Part shown: piece after piece, positions 25,471-38,884 of the stretch
How positions within the stretch are numbered: position 1 is the stretch's first letter
How the letters are laid out: each line of letters begins with the position of its first letter
Origin: Eledone cirrhosa
Lineage: Eukaryota
DNA length: 64,000 nt
Reading direction: 5' to 3'
Assembly (NCBI GenBank): GCA_964016885.1
Contig: OZ024742.1
Coordinates: forward strand, 108,190,001 to 108,254,000
Position numbers and translations under genes: made by a program
The notes under the pieces: model-generated
Database searches by the model: none
Seen by the model: only the letters and a program-made list of their open reading frames with translations
What the model was told of the DNA's origin: nothing

Positions 25471-28075
25471 AATGTTACAACCGCTCAACACATGTTACAA
25501 CCACACAACACATGTTACAACCGCTCAACACATGTTACAACCACACAACACATGTTACAACCGCTCAACACATGTTACAATCGCACAACACAAGTTACAA
25601 CCACACAACACATGTTACAACCGCTCAACACATGTTACAACCACACAACACATGTTACAACCACACAACACATGTTACAACCGCTCAACACATGTTACAA
25701 CCACACAACACATGTTACAACCACACAACACATGTTACAACCGCTCAACACATGTTACAACCGCTCAACACATGTTACAACCGCTCAACATATGTTACAA
25801 CCACACAACACATGTTACAACCACTCAACACATGTTACAACCACACAACACATGTTACAACCGCTCAACACATGTTACAACCACACAACACATGTTACAA
25901 CCGCTCAACACATGTTACAACCACACAACACATGTTACAAGCGCTCAACACATGTTACAACCGCTCAACACATGTTACAACCGCGCAACACATGTTACAA
26001 CCACACAACACATGTTACAACCGCTCAACACATGTTACAACCACACAACACATGTTACAACCGCTCAACACATGTTACAACCGCTCAACACATGTTACAA
26101 CCGCTCAACACATGTTACAACCGCTCAACACATGTTACAACCACACAACACATGTTACAACCGCTCAACACATGTTACAACCACACAACACATGTTACAA
26201 CCGCTCAACACATGTTACAACCACACAACACATGTTACAACCGCTCAACACATGTTACAACCGCTCAACACATGTTACAACCGCGCAACACATGTTACAA
26301 CCACACAACACATGTTACAACCACACAACACATGTTACAACCACACAACACATGTTACAACCGCTCAACACATGTTACAACCACACAACACATGTTACAA
26401 CCGCTCAACACATGTTACAACCACACAACACATGTTACAACCGCTCAACACATGTTACAACCGCACAACACATGTTACAACCGCTCAACACATGTTACAA
26501 CCGCTCAACACATGTTACAACCGCTCAACACATGTTACAACCACACAACACATGTTACAACCGCTCAACAGATGGTACAACCACACAACACATGTTACAA
26601 CCGCTCAACACATGTTACAACCACACAACACATGTTACAACCGCTCAACACATGTTACAACCGCTGAACACATGTTACAACCACACAACACATGTTACAA
26701 CCGCACAACACATGTTACAACCGCTCAACACATGTTACAACCGCGCAACACATGTTACAACCACACAACCAACACATGTTACAACCACACAACACATGTT
26801 ACAACCACACAACACATGTTACAACCGCTCAACACATGTTACAACCGCTCAACACATGTTACAACCGCTCAACACATGTTACAACCACACAACACATGTT
26901 ACAACCGCTCAACACATGTTACAACCACACAACACATGTTACAACAGCTCAACACATGTTACAACCACACAACACATGTTACCACCGCTCAACACATGTT
27001 ACAACCGCTCAACACATGTTACAACCACACAACACATGTTACAACCGCTCAACACATGTTACAACCACACAACACATGTTACAACCGCTCAACACATGTT
27101 ACAACCGCACAACACATGTTACAACCGCTCAACACATGTTACAACCGCTCAACACATGTTACAACCGCTCAACACATGTTACAACCACACAACACATGTT
27201 ACAACCGCTTAACACATGTTACAACCGCTCAACACATGTTACAACCGCTCAACACATGTTACAACCACAAAACACATGTTATAACCGCTCAACACATGTT
27301 ACAACCACACAACACATGTTACAACCGCTCAACACATGTTACAACCACACAACACATGTTACAACCGCTCAACACATGTTACAACCGCTCAACACATGTT
27401 ACAACCGCTCAACACATGTTACAACCACACAACACATGTTACAACAACACAACACATGTTACAACCGCTCAACACATGTTACAACCGCTCAACACATGTT
27501 ACAACCGCTCAACACATGTTACAACCGCTCAACACATGTTACAACCACACAACACATGTTACAACCACACAACACATGTTACAACCACACAACACATGTT
27601 ACAACCGCTCAACACATGTTACAACCACACAACACATGTTACAACCGCTCAACACATGTTACAACCGCTCAACACATGTTACAACCACACAACACATGTT
27701 ACAACCGCTCAACACATGTTACAACCGCTCAACACATGTTACAACCGCTCAACACATGTTACAACCGCTCAACACATGTTACAACCACACAACACATGTT
27801 ACAACCACACAACACATGTTACAACCACACAACACATGTTACAACCGCTCAACACATGTTACAACCACACAACACATGTTACAACCACACAACACATGTT
27901 ACAACCACACAACACATGTTACAACCACACAACACATGTTACAACCACACAACACATGTTACAACCGCTCAACACATGTTACAACCGCTCAACACATGTT
28001 ACAACCACACAACACATGTTACAACCGCTCAACACATGTTACAACCGCTCAACACATGTTACAACCGCGCAACAC
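25471..28075. repeat. 20-bp minisatellite, about 130 units, two interspersed variants AACACATGTTACAACC-GCT-C and -ACA-C
   Basis: Seen directly. One 4-bp phase shift near 26767. Confidence 0.98.
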
Positions 28076-28458
28076 GTTAAAGTACTTACAATTTCATAAT
28101 TTAAAAGTATCTTCCTTGTTTAGCACATAAAGCTGCCGGGATACAAAAGGAAAATCCACATATTCGCCTGTACGGTCACCAATTCGGATCAGGAAAGTTG
28201 ATCTGCAAGTCATTGATCAATAACAAACCAATAAAACATCCTAGAAGGCAGGCTAGTCCAATAGGAGGCTTCCAAATATCGACATTACTACTAAATTTTC
28301 GTGTCGATACTGGTATCCCGCTTGTGACATTAACTTCTAACCGGTCAACACATGATAGCAGTAGTGGCAGGCTGGGTGGGGTTGGCGGCCATGTTAAATA
28401 TAGCAGCATAACTTCGCCAGTGTGACTGCACTACCAAAATTAAATAAATTTAATAAAA

Positions 28459-28541
<83 letters not shown>

Positions 28542-29112
28542 ATTCTCTGATTATTTTAACTGGTATAAGTTATTGGAATTGTTGAATTGAACCAAACAAA
28601 GGTACCACCTTCATAGTCAATATCGATATATCGACCTAGTAGCAATCTTCTTAAGATATTTAACTGCAGTACAATAAATGAAAAGTTACTCCTGTGATAA
28701 CTGAGGAATTGAGACGATATCAAACGTTTAGCTAATAAATTATCAGCCTTATTGATGAATTCGACACTTGCATTATTACAATACGGTGTAGAGTAGTATG
28801 TTGTTCGTAGGCTACGCAATGCAAAATAGACAGATTTTGGAATAAATTGAAGGCAACGAAGTGTTTGTGTCACCGGTCTATTACATTTGATGTCACTCTA
28901 CTCATCAAAAAAAAAAACAAAAAAACCTGGGTGTAAATTCATTTTCTTGTTTTGATTTATGTCAAAAGAATTCACTTTATGAAATGAATATATAGCATAG
29001 TAGACCAAGATTTTCTTCCAAACAACATTTTCCCAGAATTAAATGACATTCCTCGGCTCAGGAGGCAATGCCCATACTGTAATAAGAATTCGCAGTGTTA
29101 TGCTTCATTATA

Positions 29113-29260
29113 AAGGTGGTTATCTTGCAGAGTCATTAGAACGTCAGATAGAATGCTTTGCAATATTTTTTCCGAGTCTCTTTGCTCTGAGTTCAAATCT
29201 CCTCGAAGTCACCTTTGCTTTTCCTCCATTTGAGGTCGATAACAAAATTACGAGTTCCAT
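29113..29260 (+). mobile_element. Old diverged SINE (family A-related)
   Basis: ggtggttatcttgcagagtcattagaacg...gagttcaaatc...acctttgcttttcctccatttgaggtcgataa. Confidence 0.55.
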
Positions 29261-30119
29261 GCTGGTGTAGATTCTTCTGCTATGTATATCTCACTCACTA
29301 ACTCATTCATCCCACCCCCTCTCACTCACTCTCTTTCTCTCTCTCACTCTCTCTCTTTCTCTCTCTCACTTTCTGGAAGTAACCGCTGTGTTCAGACCTG
29401 GAAAAGAATGGGCTCCACCAGATTTATATGCCCAAGACACAGCGTATAGCTTTAGGGTACTCATACGTTTCCATCAGTAGTTAAGTGCCCATGGCATTGA
29501 TGGTTGTGGTCCAAGTTGTCGACCTCTACATGATGGGTCCTGGAAACTGATCACTGGTCTTTGATCTCGATCAGGTGAACGACAACAACCCAAGACAGGA
29601 ACAGTCCCATACGCAAGAAGAAGAAGAAGAAGAAGAAGAAGAAGAAGAAAATAGATGGTTGATTGATGAGCACAAAAGTATTTTGAGTATAAATGATGGA
29701 GGATATATGTGCTTGCAAATTCCTATTCATGATTACTCCAGCCTTTTAGGAGAGATCTAGGACAAATTTACTTTATCCTCAAGACAAATTGAAGATGATG
29801 TAAATGCTATTTTTAACAGGTCTGACGACCCTGTAAAGACTCCTTCGATTTCTCGGAGTACTAAAAGCATATTTCATAGGTATACAACATTTTAATGTAT
29901 GGTACATCGACTTTAATACTTGTGCAACAAGTAACGATGAAGCAAAATTACATTAGTCATAATGTTAATTAAATAAAACAGGAACGGTAGATTATTTCCA
30001 CCATTCTCAGCTTTGTTTTTAGTGTAAACTAAGGAGTTTCCAGTACAAAGACATCGTCGCTAAAGTATGCACTGATGAGTTAATATCTGTATACAACACG
30101 TGTATGCATCGGTACGCGA

Positions 30120-30597
30120 TGGGGCCCACTCACAGCCCCGGCGGACAGAATGGAGAAGGCGTTTTCTCGGAGGACGGCAAGGGAGACGCGCTGGAAAAGA
30201 CACTCCAACTCGAGGGGCTCACACCTGCCTCCTGTCCTCCTCCACTGGCACGCAGCTAGAAAACCATAGCCTGCGCATCGGCGTTTCCATAAGGCTCGGC
30301 CTCCGGATCTGCCAGCCACACCAATGTCGCTGCGGTTCCACCGTGGACTCTTTCGGCTTCCACCCGCTTTCCTGTCGCCACAGTTCCGGCCACATTCCAC
30401 GCCATGCTGCCCTCAACGAGGTCATTAAGCATGGCTTGGACGCTGCATGCTTCCCTTCCCAGCTCGAGCCGGTGGGGCTGGATCGAGGGGACGGCAAAAA
30501 TCCATATGGCATGACCATCTTCCCGTTCCGCGGTGGCAAACCTCTCGTCTGGGATGCCACTTGCACCGACACTTTCTGCAGCCGCAACCTGGTGTAA
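30120..30597. mobile_element. CRE-like LINE fragment with an inverted 5' part
   Basis: Plus 30220-30597: RLGL...CRCG..D..G.H.LSC...RH..LN...EPVGLDRGDGKNPYG.T..P...G..LVWDATC. Minus 30120-30220: ECLFQRVSLAVLRENAFSIL, the family C-terminus. Confidence 0.8.
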
Positions 30598-31084
30598 ACT
30601 TAATGTAGACAGAGTTTGAATAGAGAACTCTCGGTGGTTTGAAAGTTTCGCAGAGCGGGAGAGACTGAGGCGATGACAGTGGAAGTATGGTTCTTTTGTG
30701 TCCGGACCTGGTGTATATGTATATGTTTCACAGACACACTCTTTTGTTGGTATATACAGTATGTGTGTACGAATGAAGCTTAACCCCATAAATCTACCTC
30801 ATATGATCTGGAAGATTGGCTATTAGGAAAGTAATTGAGCAGATAATCTGATCGGACCAAGGAAACAATGTTTCCATTGGTTTTTCCATTGCTGACACTA
30901 CCTGCCAGTCACAGTTCCAGTCAATAGTAATGTCGTAACAATGAAGCAATGTTTCCATAGGTCATTCCATTTCTGATACTATCTGCCTATTGCTACTCTT
31001 AACAGAAAAAAGGAGCTCATCATCAGATTGAACCAAGGAAAGAATATTCCCATTGGTCTTTCCATTCCTGATTCTCTCTTCGCA

Positions 31085-31205
31085 GCAGGAGCAAAGTGAA
31101 ATGAAGTATTTGGCTCAAGACTCCAACTCATTTCCCGTTCTAGGAGTTGAGCCCACGACCTTGTGATCGAGCGGTCAAGAGCCTAAATACCAGTCCACGT
31201 GCGTT
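31085..31205 (-). mobile_element. tRNA-derived SINE head (family B-like)
   Basis: Minus strand gcacgtggactggtatttagg...caaggtcgtgggctcaactcc...gtcttgagc.aa.actt.atttcactttgctcc, with A/B-box-like motifs. Confidence 0.55.
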
Positions 31206-31431
31206 CACGTGCTATTAACGCAACATAATTTGGGCAGCATATTTAAAACCACGTGCGTGTTCACGTACAAAATTTATTCTCCAGGTGCATCATTATTTAT
31301 CACAGTTTCTATGATCATAGCCAAAAGATATCCTTAAAATGTAATTACTCACTACCACGCGAAATAATAATTAGACACAATAATTAGACAACATAACTTT
31401 TCTATATTATTTCGCGTGGTTTTTATATTAT

Positions 31432-31680
31432 AGGTGCGTGGTTTAGTGGTAGGGGTATTCAGCTCACGAGTTCATCAACGTGCTGTGTCCTTGAACACGA
31501 CACTATATTTTACGTTGATATATTTCACTCAGCTGGCAAAAATTAGTTATTATTCAAAGGGAAGCATTGTCATGCGCTGTTTCACGCTGAATCTCCCTGA
31601 AAATTACGCCAATAGTACAGGCTGTTCCGTTGACCAAATCAACTGGAACACTCATTGTTGGAACTGAAGTTGGTCCAACA
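31432..31680 (+). mobile_element. tRNA-derived SINE (family B)
   Basis: Head ggtgcgtggtttagtggt matches 61851. Tail ctgaatctccctga..attacg...ggtccaaca matches 63400-63495. Confidence 0.65.
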
Positions 31681-32226
31681 CTCACATACACACATACCCT
31701 CCCCCACACACGCGCACAATACTATTTCAACTGTTCATTGCATGGGAGTTATTGAAATTTAAGTGTCTCTACCAATCAGTTTTTAAATCAGCAAGCCATC
31801 AAGCCAGTTCTTGCAACAACGTAATTCAGAACAATACCATTTTATTGATCTCGTATTGTATAATATATAATTCAATTTATAGGCTCTCCTCTTATTTCCT
31901 GAAAGATACTGATTACCTCTGGACTATCACCAAACTACCAATAGTAGATTATTAACTCATGCTATACGTTTTCAGGTTATTTAAAGAAAATTTCTGTCCG
32001 TAATGGAATTCATTCGTGCTACACTCTATCTAACTAAATAACTAAAGTTTCCTGAACATAATTGGAATTTGCTGATCTCTCCAAATGCATATTCACTTTG
32101 AAGTATTTGCCCTCTCTGTCAATTGAATTCCTAAGTAGATACTTTTATATTAGAATATCGTTTCTTTCAATATATCGATTCAATCTCAGACATCTATCGG
32201 CTAGAAGACACCGACGGTATTCCAGC

Positions 32227-32260
<34 letters not shown>

Positions 32261-32454
32261 CGGATACAATGGTGGATGATCAAGCTTAAACCCTTTCAAT
32301 ATGAAAATAGGATTTGCTCTATATTTGAATGCAGACCACTATTTTTTTCTTGTTGGCCATTACGCCACACCACACTACACATCATTACACACACACAATC
32401 AGACACCACACACAGACACACACACACACACACACACACTCACACACACACACT

Positions 32455-32495
<41 letters not shown>

Positions 32496-33474
32496 TTATT
32501 CATGTGTATGTGTGTGTATGTGAGTGTGTGTGTATGCATGTGGTTGTGTGTGTTTTAACGCAATGGATTTTCTTTTCCTCCAGTTGGATTAAAGCCAAAC
32601 TAATTAAATAAAGAGAAAACTGCGGAACAAGACTGGGCATGGCAAATGTTACGGCCTGTATAATTAGCTTTTATGTTGAAGAATTAGTAACAAAATACAT
32701 TCAATAGTTTCCCAATCGCCTCTATAATGAAAGGAAATTATGGCTGCATTCATATTCATATCTAAAGGAATTAATACAAATTATATTTAATACTGTTATC
32801 TATTGAAACATTTGTTTCAGATCGGAACTGGTCGGAAATTATTGGAACTGGTCGGGAAAATATTGGACAGCATTCATACCAAATGGAACGTTACTCACAG
32901 CAGAGTTTTCTATTTAATGGTCTTGAAGTAAGCATTGTGAATGCAGTTCAGTAATATTGATATAATTTGAGGAATTATATCAATATAATTCAAAATAAAA
33001 CAAAAAATAATTTATAGAATTGATTTGATTATATTATTTAAGATTAGAGTTACCATTGCATTTGTGAAAATTAGGCTTCGTATGGGTTCGAATCTGACAG
33101 TATCAGATCAAACATTTTGTTTTATATGTTAATTTAGATTGCAGTGAGTAGATAACACGTATATGGCCTTGTGTTTCTATAAAGCTTCTTTAGAAAAAGC
33201 TAAATATGTCATTCATTATCGAGTATGACGTCGTATCATGTTTTTGTGCATGTGTGTCTGCGTGCGTGTATGTCTGTGTGTTTGTTTGTGATCTGTATAT
33301 GTGTGTGTTCGTGTTTCATTATAACGAAATTCACGGGGTATTTAAAAAAAATTCGTTGTAACGAAAAATTCTTTATAACGAGATTGACCGAAACAAATCA
33401 AACGTTTGTTGTTATTATCTCGGGATTGAAAAAAAAATCTGTTATACTGAAAAATTTGTTATAACGGAATTTTA

Positions 33475-33534
<60 letters not shown>

Positions 33535-33538
33535 TATA

Positions 33539-33585
<47 letters not shown>

Positions 33586-33916
33586 GTATTGAAGTTTGCT
33601 TGAAGCATTGTGGAATAATAAGGTAAAATTTCTTTAAGTCGTTTGGAAGCCTCGACAATGCAGATGGGTATATCTCCGGGTAACAAGATCCGGTGGTGGA
33701 GAGAGAGATGTAAGTGGGTGTACGTTGAGATGCGTGGCGTGTATAAGACGTGTAGAGGAATAAGGAAAGAGCATAAAGGATAAAAATAAAAATAACAACA
33801 CGAGAGAGAGTTACCTTGGGAGAGATTTAATTGTCCCTATATATTTCGGATTCACATCCTTCAACCGAGGGTTCTTTCCGGGGTGGGGGGAAGGTTGTCT
33901 GTCGGAAAGGTGCGAA

Positions 33917-33993
<77 letters not shown>

Positions 33994-34097
33994 GAGAGAG
34001 AGGTAAATCAACATCTGCACCGTAGACGTAGAGAGTCTGTTGACAAATCTCCAAGTAGGAAAAACAATAGTCATCAAGCAAGATCCTAATATAATAA

Positions 34098-34190
34098 TTA
34101 TTTCTACTTTTGGCACAAGGCCAGCAATTATACCAGTACATTACTGGTACTTTATTTTATCGACCCCGTAAGGATGAAAGGCAAAGTTAA
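34098..34190 (-). mobile_element. SINE family A 3' fragment
   Basis: tttctacttttggcacaaggccagcaatta...cgaccccgtaaggatgaaaggcaaagttaa. Confidence 0.7.
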
Positions 34191-34943
34191 ATGGCTGAAT
34201 ATTTTATCGATGTTAGATGTGAAATTAAATCATCTCTAGCGAAAATCGTTTCTCAGAGCAACAAGTAATATGATGAATATGTATGAAGATATAAATTATT
34301 GTTTGCAGATCGTTTATTTCGACGAGATGAGCGGCACCGTGCCATCAATAACGTCGGTAATAGCGTCGAACTCATTTTGGAGTTGAACAAATTTTGGAGT
34401 AAAGATTATGATACCATATATACCAGGATTACCGGATATATAAACAATCACACCAACTGAAAAATGTGCGTTTTCATAAATTAATAGTGTACATAACAGA
34501 ACTACTATAGTTTATGTTGATTACTGACACATGGAAATATGTAAAGATAAACATATTTTAGTAATTCATTTCTAGGAGATAATTACATATATGATCAGTA
34601 TATATGTACAAATGACATGCACGATTAAATGTATGAGTAACATTGGAAAAATAAGTATTTATATGAACAAATGTAGGGATAGAACCCAGAAACTTGTGAT
34701 AGGAGAGCGAACAGGATTGATAGAAAAGATTTATATAAAATTTAAAGAATTACAGACACACACAGACACAGACGCAGACAGACAGACAAACAGACAGACC
34801 GACATAGACACACAGACACACACGCACACACATATATATATATGTACGCCAGTTTGCCATGTGTTTTATACAATATAGTATATTTACCTCTATAATTACA
34901 TATTGAGGGCGTTCTCTTCAATAATTACAACTATACGTTCAGG

Positions 34944-35009
<66 letters not shown>

Positions 35010-36053
35010 ACACATACATATATATATACACACATACACACACACATACATACACACATACATACACACACACATATATATATATACACACACACACATA
35101 CATACACACATATATATATATATGTAAATATATATATATATATACATACATAACATACACACACACACACTCACACACACATATATATATATATATAGTA
35201 TAAAGAAAACGAAAAATCAGTGATGCATCTGGACTTAATTTATTGCGTGTTACAATTGTTTCGCCGGCAGGTAGCTCGAGACATGGTCCTTGTATGGATC
35301 TGGCTGATTCTACTTCTGCGGGTGTTTCGTCTTGAACAAATTTTATCACTGGGTGTTATCATAACAAAACACCCTAAAAAAAACTACTTCCACTCTTGTC
35401 ATGCCATTGGCTGTTTTTATTCCACGTTATCGCAAGTTCTGGTCAGTATCTGCTGCCACACGGTTAATCAGCCATTTTCCGTCCGACACATTTCTATGGA
35501 GTCATGCTGGGTTCAGTATTTCACACGTCTGTTCACACTTCAGAGTAAGCACCCACACATACTAATATGCACACATAAACACACACACATGCAGACACAT
35601 ACATATGCATGCACACACGTACGCCTACATGCGCAGACACACATACATACATAATAGTATATATACACACACACTGTCCCTCACTTCCACGGACCCAGTC
35701 ACACCCACTTGTAGATAAATATCGCCACCAGCCTTATGACGGCTGCTTACTTCGCGCCCTGTATCAGGTGGGATAAGCATGGCCTACTCAATCATACACA
35801 TACATACATATGCGCGCACACACCCAACTTTATATACATTTGTATATATATATATATACACACACTCATACACACACATATATACATACACACATACATA
35901 CACATACATACATATACACACACATGTGCATACACATATATTTACACATATATACATACATACACATATATATATACATATATATATACATATATATACT
36001 CACACATGCCTACACACACATACAAATACACATACGTACACAAACAATACATA

Positions 36054-36187
<134 letters not shown>

Positions 36188-36499
36188 AAAAACGACAACT
36201 TAACATGCATACGCACATCCACATATATACATACATATACCTACGCATATGTCGATATACATACACCTACAGATGCATACGCACACGTGTTGCCACATGC
36301 ATACACCTGCACATATGCATATCTGCCTACACACACATGTGCTTCCACATATATAAACAAAACCGTAAATTATTAGTTAAAAATTCATTATGCATTAAAA
36401 AAAAAATATACCATAAAATAAGGGTAAATTACCGTAACATAAAAAATATACAATATAATATAATATACAATATGATATATATATATACTCTCTCTCTCC

Positions 36500-36542
<43 letters not shown>

Positions 36543-36784
36543 CATGTACACAGATTCATACATGCATATACGGATATATACGGATATATATAAAGGATAT
36601 GTGATAAAGTAATACAACAAGAATAATAGTAATAATATAAAGCATATATATTCCATGTATAATCATTCGCACACATTCCTATGAGATGCACATAAACACA
36701 TACATGTATGCACAAATACTCATACACCCATATAGAGGCCCATATATGCATGCACCCGCACCCACACATATATCTATATATCTA

Positions 36785-36897
<113 letters not shown>

Positions 36898-36999
36898 GTA
36901 TATATATATATATGCATACACACATATATATACACTCACTTACCCACCCACACACACTTACTCATACGTGGCAATACGCACATACGCACACATACATAG

Positions 37000-37097
<98 letters not shown>

Positions 37098-37969
37098 GGT
37101 GTCTGCCAACTCGTTTTCGAGTACGGCGACTACTTTATATCCATGTAGGAGAAGCCCTACCGATGCGCTGAACGAGTGTGACTTTTTAGTCCAGCTAGCG
37201 GCTTGAAAACTCTGGTACAAACACTACACATGTGACAATTATTGACACATAGTGCTGGGCCAATGGTACCATGTGACGACAAGTGCAGAGAGATCTGCAG
37301 ATATAAAGCAATGCCTGTGCCGTGAAGCTTTTATAGTGACCAAAGGCACTGCACAAAGCCAGTCCCACTCTCTTAACCAAGATGATATTTACCAAAAAGA
37401 AGAACAAGTCAACATCATTGGATACCATCAGGGTTGATATATATATATATATATATTCATATATACACACATATATACATATACACACGTACACCCACAT
37501 TCCGCCACATATGTATATACATGCACATGTCTGCACATACACGCGCGTATAAGCTCATGCACACACGCACCCATGCCCATACACACACCCCACCACCCAC
37601 CCACATATATATGTATATACATACACATCTACACACACACACGTACATATACCCACGCACAGGTCCACACATAAAAACACGCGAATATAAACACAATATG
37701 ATAATAAGATAAAATAAATAAATAAATTTACAATATTTTAGGGTACATTAAAATCTGTATGTAACTGCATAAATAGGTACAAGAAAAAAAGGGGTAAATA
37801 AAAAACAAAAAACAAAAAAAAACGGTTAAAATAAAAAACGTGGGGAGGGGGGGTCGAGGGTACAGGAGAAGGTGCTTGTGTCCATGTGATATACGACACA
37901 CAGGTATTATGAGATGCAAACTTGTGTCCGTGTATAGAACAGGTAACAGTACAGCACAATAATAGAACA

Positions 37970-38150
37970 ATAATTGTTTCTACTTTAGGCACAAGGCCAG
38001 CAATTACCCAGTGCATTACTGGTACTTTATTTTATCTACCCCGTAAGGATGAAAGGCAAAGTCAACCTCGGCGGGATTTGAACTCAGATCGTAAAGGGAC
38101 GTAACTATGCTGGAAAGCATGGCGTCCGGCCCTCTACCGATACTGCTAAT
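37970..38150 (-). mobile_element. SINE family A inserted only in the left arm of the PLE inverted repeat
   Basis: The right arm has the empty site gtgattattactatcattattgtgctg at 41830-41856. Confidence 0.8.
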
Positions 38151-38516
38151 GATAGTAATAATCACTGTTCCAAAGTGGACCAGGTGGCACCGTTTTTGGG
38201 GTGTGCTGTTCTATATGTTTAGGGCAAGGGCCGGGCGGCACTGGGCCCCGTGTCATCCGGTCCCGGCCATGCGGTGTATCTTCCAATGTTGTGTGCCCGG
38301 TTAAGTGCGAACTTGGTTTACATATGTTTGCCTCACACGTTGGACACCGTCATCATGGCATGGTGTCAAGTCCCCTAATCCCGTTGGGCCAATCGGGTCT
38401 GTGCGTATTCGTTCCCATTACCCCTGCCTGCGTCACCCGGCGGATTCCATGCTGCAAATGTGCATCTTCTCTGGTGTCTGCATGTCATGATAATTTCAGA
38501 CTTCCGGTTGACGGCG

Positions 38517-38882
38517 TCATCCTTCAGTTTGACTATCCTCATGGCCCTCGTGTAGGCACAATCGGCACTTTCTACTTCCGGCCAAATATGCCCTCGCGTG
38601 GCGAACGATACTCCATTCCCGGGCGTATAGAGTGCCGTGGTCTTTCAGGTCCCACACCAGGTCCGCTAACCTAGTGGAGTGCCTTTTGCTACGGTCCCTG
38701 AAGGAATTCGAGTAATTATACATCCGCGATTTAAAGGTCGTGGATGTTGTGCCGATGTAGGTTCGATGCGGGTTTTGGGTTGTAACCACACACTTGTATA
38801 TTAAGTCTTTAATCAAGCATTTTCCCTGTAGGGGGCACCGGGTGCCCGCTCTACAGTTGCAAGTGCCCGCTCTACAATGCAT
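38517..38882 (-). pseudogene. Inverted duplicate of the PLE GIY-YIG endonuclease domain
   Basis: CNCRAGTRCPLQGKCL..LIYKC..YIGTT...FKSR..CRLCLHE, near-identical to ORF 40841-41548. Confidence 0.9.
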
Positions 38883-38884
38883 AA

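Noticed and set aside
25471-28075. CRISPR-like array
   Set aside because: There are no unique spacers (only a 3-bp two-state position), no cas genes, and the context is eukaryotic.
25459-28130. Long ORFs (up to 878 aa) of HMLQPLNTCYNRSTHVTTAQ repeats
   Set aside because: The 20-bp unit has no stop on the plus strand, so all three frames are open and give the same peptide. This is a minisatellite artefact.
30840-31075. Three degenerate ~85-bp repeats (caatgtttccattgg...ttccatt.ctga)
   Set aside because: An old, short tandem duplication with no ORF or structural motif that I could support.
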